From NCBI GenBank assembly GCA_047967505.1, contig CM106538.1: a stretch of 64,000 bases of DNA; one strand, 5' to 3'. Within the stretch, counting starts at the first letter, position 1. Every line of letters begins with the position of its first letter. Positions 26,260-38,833 of the stretch are shown in pieces. Source of the stretch: Dipteris shenzhenensis. Its lineage: Eukaryota. The notes under the pieces were generated by a model that was not told where the DNA came from, searched no databases, and saw nothing but the letters and a program-made list of their open reading frames with translations. Made by a program: the position numbers and the translations under genes.

Positions 26260-26430
26260 TGAGAGTGCTCTCAACGGAAGCAAGAACGGAAGAAGGAGAG
26301 AGAGAGACAGAGAGCCACACAAGTTTGGTGGGTGCAGAACCACCCTAATCTTCTTTTTTCATTCATTTATATATGTGTTTGAGTATTGTACATAATCGGG
26401 GTTAAGGCACAGTGACCTTTAACCCCCACA
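26260..26430 (-). repeat. 3' LTR of copia copy 4
   Basis: TG..CA ends; PPT complement at 26431-26441. Confidence 0.97.
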
Positions 26431-26483
26431 ACCTCCCACTTAAAGGACAATGTGCCTTTAAGAGAGAACAACTAGTGAGCATA

Positions 26484-29400
26484 CTATCCAATGCCCATCA
26501 ATACACGACAATACTCAAACCGTTGACTAGGTAGACTCTTCGTCAGCATATCTGCAGGGTTATCATCTGTATGAACCTTGACAAGCTCTATGCGCTTGTC
26601 CTCAAGTACCTCCATGATGAAATGGTACCTGACCTCAATGTGTTTGGTCTTTGCATGAAAGACCGGATTCCATGCTAGTTGAATAGCACTCATGGAATCA
26701 CTATGCAATGTCGGTACACCTGTATGAATCCCCAAATCTCCCACTAGTCGATCAAGCCATATAGCCTCCTTGCAACCCTCTGTGGTTGCAACATACTCAG
26801 CCTCTGTGGTAGACAAAGCAACGCACTTTTGTGCACGAGACATCCACGACACTGCACCACCTGCAAAGGTGAACACATAACCAGAAGTGGATCTCCTACT
26901 ATCCACATGCCCTGCATAGTCTGAATCTGTGTACCCAAGTACACGCATGTCTCCTTTACCAAAGCAAAAGCACATCTCCTTGGTACCCTTCATGTACCTC
27001 ATGATGCACTTAACTGCCTCCCAATGCCTCTTTCCTGGATTAGCAATATACCGGCTAACAACTCCCACTGCAAATGTAATGTCTGGTCTAGTAGCTATCA
27101 TAGCATACATAAGACTCCCAACTGCTGATGCATAAGGAACCTTGGCCATCATGGCCCTCTCCTCATCTGATTTGGGACTATCTGTATGACTCAGTTTCAC
27201 ATATGGAGGCAATGGAGTACTCACTGCCTTCCCCCCCTCCATATTGAAACGCTGCAATACTTTTGTAACATACTCTTTTTGTAAAAGCCAAAAAAGTTTC
27301 CTACTCCGATCACGCGTGATGCGCATACCAAGAATATGACCTGCAAGTCCCAAATCCTTCATATCAAAGGCCTCATGCAACTTGGCCTTTAATGCATCTA
27401 GCTCATAAGTATTCTTGCTAGCCAATAGCATATCATCCACATATAGTGCCAAGATTATCAAGCTATTATCCTTAGCCCTTTTAGTGTAGAGGCAGTGATC
27501 AATTTCACTCCTTCTAAAACCTTGGGACCGAATGAAAGCATCAAACTTCTGATACCATTCTCTAGGTGCTTGCTTAAGACCATAGAGACTCTTCTTCAGC
27601 TTGCAAACTAAATGCTCTTTGCCCTTTTCTTCAAAGCCTTCTGGCTGCACCATGTAAATTTCCTCATGCAAATCCCCATGCAAGAAAGCTGTCTTGACAT
27701 CCATCTGCATAAGCTCCATATCCTCTATTGCCACTAGTCCAAGCATGCATCTAAGTGTGGTCATCTTCATAACCGGAGAGAATATCTCATCAAACTCCAC
27801 ACCCTTCTCTTGCTTGAACCCTTTAGCAACCAAACGGGCGTTGTACCTAGGCACATCATCACATGTGACCTTCATCTTGTAGACCCATTTACATGGCAAT
27901 GCTTTCTTTCCATGTGGCAAAGAAACCAAGTCCCAAGTCTTATTCTTCATAAGTGAACTCATCTCTGATTGCATAGCATACTCTCACTTGCATTGATCCT
28001 CACGCATCATAGCCTCTCTATAGCAAGAAGGCTCCCTGCAATCAGTAAGCATCACATAGTCTACCCCTGGAACAAACCTATCAGGCGGTCTAGACACTCT
28101 AGATGATCTTCTCAAGGGCATTTCAGCTTGCTGTCCCACTTGCATATCAGCCACATTTGGCTCATCATTTCCACCAATAGATGATCCATCATCTACCCTT
28201 GATTGTATACCTGTGGGAGTACTTGGTGGTACCATTTCTTGCACATTTGGTGCATGGATAGCTTGCTGTCTATCAACATAGGCAGGTGGATTTACATCCT
28301 CGAAACTGATTCTCCTCATTTCCACATCCCTCATGGGTGCCTTATGCATCTTCTTCTCATTGAAGACCACATCATGGCTGCGTATGATCTTCTTTGCTTC
28401 TGGATCCCAGAGACGATAGCCCATCTCTCCACTTTCACCATAACCCAGAAAGATGCCTTTCCTAGACTTAGGATCTAGCTTCTTTCGAAGCTCTTTTGGC
28501 ACATGTGCATATGCCTCACACCCAAATATACGCAAATGAGAGTAAGAGGGCTTCTTGCCACTCCATGCCTCTTCAGGAATACCACCATCCAAACTCTTAC
28601 TAGGTGATCTATTGATCACATGCACTGCAGTCTTCATTGCCTTAGCCCAAAAACCACCAGAAAGACTTGCATTGGAAAGCATGCATTGCAACCTTTCTTG
28701 AATGGTACGGTTCATCTTTTCTGCAACTGGATTTTGCTTTGGAGTACGAGGGGATGTGAGCTCCCTCTTAATCCCACGTGTATCACAGAAATGCTGAAAG
28801 TCATGAGAGAGATACTCTCCACCATTGTCAGTCCGTAGGCATTTAAGCATTCTACCTGACTGATTCTCAACCAAGGCCAGCCATTTCTGAAATACCTAGA
28901 ACACATCACTCTTCCGAGCTATAGCATAAGCCCACACTTTCCTAGTTGCATCATCAATGAATGTCACATAGTAATCAGCCCCACCTAATGACCATGTAGG
29001 CATGGGACCACATACATCTGAATGCACTAAATCAAGCTTTTCAAACTCTTTCTTTCCTTTTCTTTTATGGGCTGATTTAGTCTGCTTCCCATAGAGACAA
29101 TGCTCACAAAATTCAAAATTAGAAAAACTCAAATGCGGTACATAACCCAAATGGCATAAGAGTTTCATTCCATTCTGGCTCATGTGCCCCAACCTGCAAT
29201 GCCACAAAGAAGTGCTTGGCTGCTCGGTTATTGCAACAAGATGATCAAATACCCCTGATACATGTAAGGGATACAAAGTCCCACACTTGGCACCCCTGGC
29301 CAAAAAAAGCATAGAGCCCTTCTGAATTTTCCAACTTTGAAAGCCAAAAGTGGTGTGAAAACCAGCATCATCTAGCTGACCCACTGAAATAAGACTCTTG

Positions 29401-30569
29401 GTCAGCATAGGCACATGTCTCACATGTTTCAAAACAAATGCAAACCCATTTGCAAAAGAAAACTTTATGTCACCTGCTCCCACTATGTCACATGCATAGT
29501 CATTTCCAAGATGCACACAACCTGTCTTTCCACTGTCATAAGTGGAGAACCATTCCCTATGGGGAGTAACATGGAATGAAGCACCAGAATCCAAAATCCA
29601 ATCCTGGGAATATGCATCATCTGAAGTGGCAAGCAACTCTGCAGATAAACTAGACATGAAGAGAACGTCATTGTCACTATCATGTGTGACTGCATTGATC
29701 TCCTCGATCTTCACTTTTCCTTTTTCCTCCCTTGGACTCTCTTCCTTTTGATTTGCACCCCAATTTGCATTCTTTTTCTTATCCTTTTGCTCTCTTTTCA
29801 GCTTGTAGCAATCCTTTTTCATATGGCCCTTCTTGCCACAATGGTAACACTCAATGTTCCGTGCCCTGGATTTGCTACGAGACTTCCCTCTTTCTTGGGA
29901 CTTCCCCTTGAACTGTGATCTGCCCCTTTGCACATTTAAGGCTGCATCCTGCTTGTTGCCATCCATAGACTTCCGTCTAATCTCCTCGGCCAACAAGCTA
30001 CCCACAACATCATCAAATTTCAGTACTCCACCAGGTGCAGAGTTACTGACAGCTGTACGGAAGGTATCCCATGAGGATGGCAATGAACTTAAGAGAAATA
30101 TTGCCTTAGTCTCCGCATCAAAATTCATTTTCTGAGCCTGAAGATGGCTGAAAATAATATTGAATTCATTCAAGTGAGAAGCAATGGAGACCCCTTCCTT
30201 CATCTGCAGCTCAAACAACCTCTTCATGAGGTAAACTTTATTAGAGGCAGTTTCCTTCTCATAAGTGGCACACAGTTTCTTCCACAAATCTTCTGTAGTC
30301 TGCTCATTTACTACTGTGAAATAAACTGACTCTGCAAGATGAAGTCTAATAGTAGACTTTGCTAATGCATCCAACTCATTCCAATCATCCTGAGACATAT
30401 TTGCAGGCTTAGCTTCAATCCCTGCCAAGGGTTTAATTTGCTTCTTTTGAATAAGCACAACCCTTATTTGTTCTTTCCACAAAGAAAAGTTTGTCCCATC
30501 AAACTTTTTAGTCCCATCAAACTTTTTAATGCTAAAAAACTCCTTTTCAGACGTGGAAGAGGATGCCAT
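26484..30569 (-). pseudogene. copia gag-pol polyprotein (gag, CCHC knuckle, PR, GAG-pre-INT, INT, RT, RNase H) with two in-frame stops
   Basis: ORFs 28896..30593, 27984..28874 and 26484..27974 lie in one frame. Motifs: CYHCGKKGHMKKDC, WILDSGAS, LWHCRLGH, LVHSDVCGP, YVDD, DSDYAG, TKHIEVRYHF. Confidence 0.96.
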
Positions 30570-31994
30570 GATGCAAATGAAACAAAATCCCAAATGCTAG
30601 TGCCTGCAAGAGAGAATCACACCAAATACTAGGTGCACCGAAATGTGTATGCCACAATAGAGTGAAATATCACCAAAATTCAAAGCTCAAAGCATCAAAA
30701 GATGCATCTGACTCATGTGCATATACTATGCATCCATATGAGCAAATCTGGCCCAAAAGAAAATGCCAATAAGTGCCAAATGACTCAAGCATAAACACCG
30801 TCCACTGGCATATGCATCAATAATATCTCATCCAAGAGAGCATAGCACTATCAGTGCATCACCTGCAATGTGTCAAAGCTGTTCCTCAGCATAAAATAGC
30901 ATCCATGTGCAAAGCGTCCATAAAAAATAGCATCCCACAAGGCAATTTGGGCCTATCAGCGCATCCAATAAGGACCGCAATGCATCTAAATGGCCTATAA
31001 ATCATCCACTGCAACCCAATGCACACCACGAATGAGCGCACACTACTCAAACTGCAACCAGAGTGATCTGCATAAGGTATGCTCAAGAAATCATAGTCCC
31101 ACAGTAATGAGCGCTACTGAAAATAGAACCTGAGATGCCTCAAAACATGGGCGCCATTGCATAATCGGAATCAGCAAAAAAATCTGCAAATATCTCTCTT
31201 CTGCCAGAACTCCAAAATCCCAACCGATGAGTGAGAAATGGGAGTCAACACTTATCCACTGCCATGTGGCATAAATCTAAGGTTTCAAAACCTTAGAATG
31301 AAAAATGCATAACAGAGAGACGAAATCGAATACACAGAGATCTATAACTCTGAAAATCCTTCACCAAATCACGCAAGAACTGATAGGTAGGGGTTTTTTG
31401 GGCGTCCGGAATGCAATGGGACAGACGGTTTTGGAAACCGTGGTCTCAATCACTGGGTCCAACACACGGACTGAAAAACGTTTTTGGAAACAGAGCTGTT
31501 TGTAAACTCCACCGGAGTGCGAATGATGAGCAACATAGAAGTTTTAGGACCTCCTGAGTCCACTGGAACTGACAGATCTGCAAATGGTTGCTCCAAACTT
31601 GAGTTCCAACACCTGGGCAAAAAACGCAAGAACTGACACAGTGAGTCAGAAATCCAATGAAATGATCCCAGATTCAAGAATTAAGGTGTTTCCAAGCTCC
31701 TGAAGTAATGTGGACACCAAAAGCAAGCAATAGCTGCCTCTACAAGTTAATATGGAGTCTCTGTCATCGAACAGAACAGGGAAAAGCTCAAAAAACGACT
31801 TTTTCTTTGAAAGCTCTTAACAGGCTCTCAAAACCACTTCGCAAAGCCAAAGTGACTTTTCCAAAGATTCCTCCAAGGTCTCTGCACACTCGGATGCAAG
31901 TAAAGTCGCCCACAAAGCTTCCCACAAAGCTTCTCCTTCCTCCCACAGAGCTGCTGAGCTACAAGATTCACGCACGCTCAGCTAGATCACCCGG

Positions 31995-32006
31995 GCTCTG
32001 ATACCA
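31995..32006 (-). promoter_or_regulatory. Primer-binding site, tRNA-iMet (TGGTATCAGAGC)
   Basis: 2 nt inside the 5' LTR; canonical plant copia PBS. Confidence 0.95.
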
Positions 32007-32008
32007 GT

Positions 32009-32179
32009 TGAGAGTGCTCTCAACGGAAGCAAGAACGGAAGAAGGAGAGAGAGAGACAGAGAGCCACACAAGTTTGGTGGGTGCAGAACCACCCTAATCT
32101 TCTTTTTTCATTCATTTATATATGTGTTTGAGTATTGTACATAACCGGGGTTAAGGCACAGTGACCTTTAACCCCCACA
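32009..32179 (-). repeat. 5' LTR of copia copy 4
   Basis: 171 bp, adjacent to the PBS. Confidence 0.97.
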
Positions 32180-32184
32180 TGGAC

Positions 32185-34792
32185 CACGTTGCTGGTATAG
32201 ATGAGTTGGTCAATGATCAAATGTTGAAAAGGGATGATCCAACATCAAAGAAAAGAAGGTACACTTTCATTAACAGGGTGCCTAAACAAAGAAAGCCTCC
32301 AACACCAATGTACAAAATGTCACTAGATTCAGTGTAGCAGGTTTCTTCCATCGATTGTTGTGGGAGTAGGTGTTGCCAACATGCAGAGTGAGATCTCTTA
32401 ATGAATCTAAGGAAGAACTTTTGGGGCAGCTCCTTGGAGTCTCGTACAAACTTTATATACGATGTGTTGTCAACGGCTTGGCATCATGACTACACAAGGA
32501 GGATATGCTACAACTTCAGGATAAACGGTCGGGATGTCTGTTGTAGAGCATGGTATGAGATGCATGGAATTCCAAGGACATCATTTTATCGATACAGGGA
32601 GCAATTTGAGAGTGGTGTGCAGCGATATGTGCATGGCAATTCAGGGATTATGAGGAGGAGCAGGGAGCACATAGGTATGGGAAGGGCTCTCATTCAACAC
32701 TTTCTGGATAATAGCACAGAGCATATGCCTCACAAGAGTAGAACCATGCAGGATGGTTCTAGAGAGACACAGCAAGTGATACCTAAAGTGTATAAGAAGA
32801 TAGACGTCCTACGTGAGGTCAACACTTCACTTAATCATCGTGGTTATCAAAGCCTATCCACATCCACATTTGGCAGGATTTGGAAATCAGACTTAAAAAA
32901 TGTAGCCCTTGCTAAGACGAGTGAACTCTCTAAATGTAGCTTGTGTAGCAGGCTCAATTGGCAGCCACAAAAAGTCAAGATGAGCACAATTCGCTGATGG
33001 AAGAGAGAAAGATGCATATGATACAGCAACAAAGTTGTAGGAATTTATACTATGCATGGCGTAGGTACTCCGAGATGGATCCAAAAAAGTATGTATGCAT
33101 AATCCATGATAAGATGGACCAAAAAAAGATGGCAATTCCAAGACTTCGAGTGAGGTCCAAGGACACCGATTCTGCATGGCAATTACAGGTTTCACTCATT
33201 GGAATGATTACCCATGGGCATGGAAACGGTCATTATGGACACTTCACCCTCAATGGTTTATGGCCATCTGATCCCAGCCTGCTGACGATTGGATCGCTCT
33301 CAATTTGTTTACACAACCTCGAGAGGATGGATATGCATGACCTTGGAGACCTTGCTACCAATGGGATTCCTAGAAGCAATGCTGGCCTTTTGAATGCTCT
33401 ATGTTCAAGAAACGCTTTGGACTCCCATTACAGTTCTAAAGGTGCACATGTTTCCACAAGTGGAGCTAGCTTGTCTGAAAATGTAGATGTCACGATCACA
33501 GATGCAAATCTAGAAACTGTATCAGAAAGTGACCTGAAGTCTGTCACGGAGGCCATGACAACTTCCATTGCAAGGGCTACAGACACATGTATGAATTTTT
33601 TTCCGTCAAATACAAGAGAAAACCCACCCTCTTTAGAGGAGAGTGTTGCTATTGAGCCACCATTCCAAAAGTTGCTAGAGAACTTGCTACTCCAACTAGA
33701 TAATTGTGGGTCTGAGAACAAAAATAGATACTTGTTTGCATACCTTTCTCTTCTTGTAGCAAGGGGCATTTTCAAGACAGTTCAATTGGGCTTCTTGATG
33801 GTAGGGCACGCACATGAGGACATTGATGCAATGTTCAACAGGTTTTCTGAGAGCTTGCGGGTAAGACAACCTAACTTCAAGGATTATGTGGATGGCTACC
33901 TATGTGATGGGCAAGAAATGCTAGTTGGACATGCAAAGCCATTACAATTTCGATTTTACATGGAAGGTGACAGAGCAATGATGCAGTACAAGGTGCATCC
34001 AAAATCACTGAATTGGATGCCCATTGAAGGGGGAATTGAGCTATGGAAGAAAGATAGTGAGGGTCGATCATTGTTGCCAACAGGTTGTCCGGATATACTG
34101 CCAATGGCTGCATTTGTGAGAGATCACTTGCAAGTAATATCAGGGATAAAGGATTACATAAGTTTTGGGAGAGATGTGCAAGTGGAAAGAATGCATCCTA
34201 TGAGTCCTACATTAGGCCAGTGATAGACTATTGGAAAACCATGATTGGTAAGCTCGAACAGGAAAACATCTCAGAGATAGGAGTGTACAGAGAGTTTTGG
34301 CCAAGAACACAATCTCCTGATGAGGAGGATGATATAGATGCTTGCATTAATGATTTCCAAGGCTATGAGGAATGGAATGATCACTATTAAGGGCCTCTAA
34401 AAGGTAAGCCGAGGGAAGAGTTTAGACCAATGGTGGATGTTAAGCAAGGTGACTTCCTCTTGGTGAGGCCATTAGATCCTATATACCCCATATGGCTTGG
34501 GGTTGCCATATCAAGTGCCGAGATGGATGCTGCTTCTCCTAATTTCAAGAAATTATTAATTCAGTATTGGGCACCATCAGTTAAGAGAAAGGGGCTCAAT
34601 GATGCAGATGCCTATGTTGATTGCTGGAACAAGTATTGGGTAGAGAATAGGTTGGATCCACAGGTATGGGAGTGTATTGATGCAATTGTCTGGTCATGGA
34701 CATCAAAATCCATAAATAGACCCAAGAAGATCAAGATTCCACAGAGCATATGTATCAAAGCACAGGAGAGCTTGCTTGGTATTAGAGCATAG
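32185..34792 (+). pseudogene. DDE-type transposase remnant (DUF7869 / Sola1-like) with Cys-rich N-terminal region and a C-terminal domain; stops and frameshifts
   Basis: CCGSRCC, VCCRAWYEMHGI, FGRIW..KCSLC, IIHDKMDQ, LLLQLDNCGSENKN, FLMVGHAHEDIDAMF; C-terminal GDFLLVRP..PIWLG..IQYW. Confidence 0.8.
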
Positions 34793-34974
34793 AAAATGGT
34801 GTCGATTTTCTCCCTCTTAATCTCCCAAACTTCCATTGTAAGGTGTGTTCTCATGTGATGTTTCTCAATTGTTGTTATCTTGTCAATGGGTATTTGCATA
34901 TTATTAATATGACAATTTTCAGAAGCTGACCTTCACCAACAATTGCTTTGTTTCTAGTGGAACTCACTATGCAT

Positions 34975-35058
34975 GGTGTTTGTTAACACCACCAACTGTG
35001 TTTATTAACACCTCAAGTAAAATATACATGTTGTCCCTAGACGGTGTTTATTAACACC
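34975..35058. repeat. Three copies of palindromic GGTGTT-T(A/G)TT-AACACC downstream of the transposase
   Basis: At 34975-34990, 34998-35012 and 35043-35058. Confidence 0.6.
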
Positions 35059-36180
35059 ACCAAATACATGATTTTCAAACTTTGCCACAAATGCTTTATT
35101 CCGGTTTTTATACGCAATGAACTGTTTCAGTATTTCATAATCATTGGAATTCCAAATATTATTTTTTAATATTGGTAAAATTCCCACAATCAATGGAAAT
35201 TTTCCCAATTTTAATGAAATCCACCCAATTTCAAAATTCCCAAAATGTAACTTTTGTCCCACTTTATCTAATACTGTGTTGCATGGAGATGGATATCCAT
35301 CAAGCACATTCCATCGAAATGGTAGGTTATTACATGCAATCCATTTCAGGTAGAAAGTTCACTATGGAACGAGCATAATTACAAGAACTTCAATTGGTTA
35401 TTGGAGTCTCTAGAGGGGTGAACCACAGGAAGTGTTTAGAGGTAGATGGTCAGAGCACAGATCAGGGAGGATAGGCATCTACATGAAGAAACAGGATGCC
35501 AAAGGTGAATGTTTTTTTGCTCATAGGTGGTGCACTCAAAAACCACAATATGTGTGCAGGGAAAGTGAGAGGTATGTGCTGTAATCATGAAAGGGCTTTT
35601 CAAGACATGAATAATGCATATGTTACACATATTTTGATTTTTTCATGTATGTTTATATGTAGGTCCATGTGATGCATGTAATGGTGTAAGTGTGCCAAGG
35701 TAAGGAGCATAGGGCCATCCCCTTAGATGAATTTGTGGAGGATGATATCAGCACCATGGAATGGATGCGCGATGCGAATGATATCCCTGTGTGAGGTACT
35801 GCTTAGCAATTGTGTAATAGCTTTGGCAAAGTTCGAAACACAAGCTAGGCTTACATTGACTTTTAATGTTATGGTAGGTGGCATGCAATGTGGACGATTA
35901 TTTTGGACAAGGTTGTTGCAAGCCTTCTTAGAACATGGAGACATGCTCCTCAATTGCAATGCAGGGTGCAGAGAAATGGCAGTTACTGTAGTGTAAGAGG
36001 GGCAAAGAGTCTTGTGCCTCACCACAGAGGGAGGGGAAGCACGATTTCTAAGAGGCAGAGTATGGATTCGAGTTTGATGTTTGCATTAATGTTTGTTGAA
36101 ATTCAACTACATATAATTTGGTTTTTCCTTTATGCAATATTTCACATTTGTAATCTCATCGAGCTTGTGGCTATGAACAA

Positions 36181-36757
36181 TTGCCCCCAGCCTCAAGAAA
36201 GTTGGTGATTTTTTATTTGAACGGGGTGTTGCTGCATAGGAGGCTAAAGACTCAGGGTGCCTTGCTGGCCAAGGAATTAGAGTTGTGAAGCCACTGGGTC
36301 CTATTCCTACATGAGGTGGGGAGGCAGTTTGATGTGGCTATTTGGAGCTTGGTACAACAGGACAATCTGCAGAGACTGTTGGGCTTGCTAAAGGGAGAAT
36401 GTTGCCAAGCCACTGGCTACACACCCTTCTTTGTGTTTGAGTATAGCTAGGATAAATGTACCACACAAGCCAAAGATGTAGGAAGAGGACAGGGGCGTGT
36501 GAAGCCCATGTTTGGGAAGCACTTGGCCGACATTCATTGGCAACACCTTGACCCTTTGGCAACGTTGTTTGTGGATGACAATGCAGAGAAGATGGACCAA
36601 AATCCCACAAACACGTACATTGTCCCACCCACTTTTATGGCGGATTGCATGGATATAGTTCTCCACTCAAGTCTCTTGCCGATTGACAAACCATGCTGGG
36701 ACAGTTGAGGATTTTGTGTCCAAAAACCCCTTCCATGTGCCGCCCATGGAAGAATAA
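36181..36757 (+). pseudogene. FCP1-homology / NIF (HAD phosphatase-fold) domain remnant
   Basis: Frame-1 read-through: RKLVIFYLNGVLLHR..*SHWVLFLHEVGRQFDVAIWS..YS*DKCT..KPMFGKHL..TLFVDDNAEKMDQNPTNTYIVPPTF, then after a frameshift VEDFVSKNPF..EE*. Confidence 0.8.
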
Positions 36758-36898
36758 ATAGAATTGTAATGCTGCTTTGAAATGTCAGTAAAATTGTTAT
36801 TGTTTGAGACTCCAAGTACTAAATTTCTGGTTCACAAAAAGCAAGTAGCATGGACTTATGTCCAGTGTTTGTACGTGGTTTCTTCATCTGCATTTGTT

Positions 36899-36900
<2 letters not shown>

Positions 36901-36932
<32 letters not shown>

Positions 36933-37001
36933 TATGCACGCACATGCGCACGCACACACACACACACTCACATGCACTCTCTCTCTCTCTCTCTCTCTCT
37001 T
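36901..37001. repeat. Compound (GA)n-(CA)n-(CT)n microsatellite
   Basis: Directly visible. Confidence 0.9.
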
Positions 37002-37711
37002 CTCCCCTTGGGGAGCCTCGTGACCCCAAGTATGGGTCCACATGACATCCCCCTGAGGACCTTCATGAACCTCTGGTATGCTTATAACTGATAGGCCATA
37101 ATGACACTGAGGGGATATGGATGCCACCTTACCCTCCTAGAGTGGATGGCCTTCACTTTATGAAACAATTTGGCCCTTTCTGTTTACTTTGAGAACTTAT
37201 AAATGTAAAATGTGTATCCTCCTAAAAGCTTTATCGAGATTAGCATGTAGTTGTTGTGTCATTTACTCCATAGTGGGGTAAGTAATGGACCTAATGGAGG
37301 AGCTTGGATCACCACGTTTGATGCTGATTTGAATGAGAGAGTCACCATGTGCCCATAGATTTTCCCCCCTTCTTCTATCTTGGAATGCATGCTTCTCCTC
37401 TTCTTCCTGGCACTCGAACTCTTGGCCTCCACTTCCCTATACTGCGAGCTTGGAAGCCTTGGAGACTTTGGAGAGCTCTTGGCCATTCGAGACCTTGGAG
37501 CCTTGGAGCACACTGTCACGAGACTGAACCGTGGAGGATGTCCACATACTATAGAGAGCACACATTGAAGGTGATGGCCATTAAAAGGCTTTAGTGCACT
37601 AACATGCTTTATACGGCAAGATTTAATCTATTGTTGTCTCTGTGCCAACAAGGACTTAGGTATAACAGAATGTGTGTGTAGAGTAGTGGGGCAAAGCTCC
37701 ACTTGTACTTG

Positions 37712-38813
37712 CATAAGGCTAGAAATAATCCCTTTTAGAAATCCAACTTGCATGTTCTACATGCAAGTTCTACATGCGAGTTCTACATGCAACTCCTACA
37801 TGCGAGTTCTACATGCCACTCCTACATGTGAGTTCTACATGCAACTCCTACATGCAACTCCTACATGCGAGTTCTACATGCAACTTCTATATGTAAGTTC
37901 TACATGTAGAGAGAGAATGTCTTACAATTCCTACATGCAGAGAGAGAAGCTCTCCAACTTGTATAAATACCCCATAATAGAATGAAACCCACACTCTTTA
38001 GAGCATTGTGTTGAGTTCTACTTTGGTATTCCAAGCAATTGTCTCAAGTGTCCATGCTTCCTTGCACTCCACGTCCAAAAGCATGTCCTAACCTTGCAAC
38101 TCCTCCTCCCCTCTCCTCCAACCTTGCAACCCATCCTCTCCCTCTCCTCCTCCCTCCTCCTCCTCCCTTCTCCTCCTGCCTCTTCCTCCTCCTCCCTTCT
38201 CCTCCTCCCTCCTCCTCCTTCTCCTCCTCCTCCTCCTCCTCCTCCCTCCTCTCTCTTCTTTTCCCCATGCTCTTACACCTTCTTCCTCTCCCACTCCTAT
38301 GCTCCCCCTAGACCCTTAGTTCCTCAACCCTTAATCCCCATGATCTACAAGGGAGATGAGTTCTCCACCATGTACTCTACTCTAAAGCTTGGAACTTCTT
38401 CTAAACTCTAGAACCTCCTTCTAAACTTTGGAACCTCTCTCTAAACCTTGGAACCTCCTTCTAAACCTTGGACCTCCTTCTAAACCTTGGAACTCCTAAC
38501 CCTCGAACCTCTTCTAAACCCTGGAACCTCCTCCTAACCCTTAAACTCCTCCTAAATCTTGCAACCCCCAATGAAGACGAAAGCCTTTATTACCTCAACC
38601 ATGATGATACATGTTCCTTTTACACATGCATGCACTATGTTTGCTTACCACACTTAAGCCTACGTCTCTCACTGGAACATGACTCAAGGTCCTAAGCTAT
38701 ACATATAGTACAAACGGCAACCCCGATATATCTATAGGTGACAAAAAGCCTAAGAACCCTGCATATAGAGAATACCTTACTCTTCCTATGGAAGCCGTGG
38801 GAAAGAGCCAACA
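37712..38813 (+). repeat. gypsy 5' LTR (recognisable part) with 13-bp and ~21-bp minisatellites and a CCT tract
   Basis: Homologous to 52421-53595; ends in CA just before the PBS. Confidence 0.85.
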
Positions 38814-38815
38814 TT

Positions 38816-38833
38816 TGGCCCCACTGCCGGGGA
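38816..38833 (+). promoter_or_regulatory. gypsy primer-binding site (degenerate TGGCGCCGTTGCCGGGGA type)
   Basis: tggccccactgccgggga immediately after the LTR end; resembles the Athila-type PBS. Confidence 0.7.

Larger units (their letters stand above)
26260..32179 (-). mobile_element. Full-length Ty1/copia LTR retrotransposon (copy 4, Tnt1/Tork-like), 5920 bp
   Basis: 171-bp LTRs differ at one position. 5-bp TSD TGGAC at 26255-26259 and 32180-32184. PBS, PPT and complete gag-pol are present. Confidence 0.98.

Noticed and set aside
582-30632. Antisense and alternative-frame ORFs recurring in each copia copy
   Set aside because: They are shadows of gag-pol repeated because the copies are similar, with no independent motifs.
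37704-37708. TGTAC / TATAC (53596-53600) as the gypsy TSD
   Set aside because: One mismatch and no shared TG start between the two LTR copies; the 5' boundary is unresolved.
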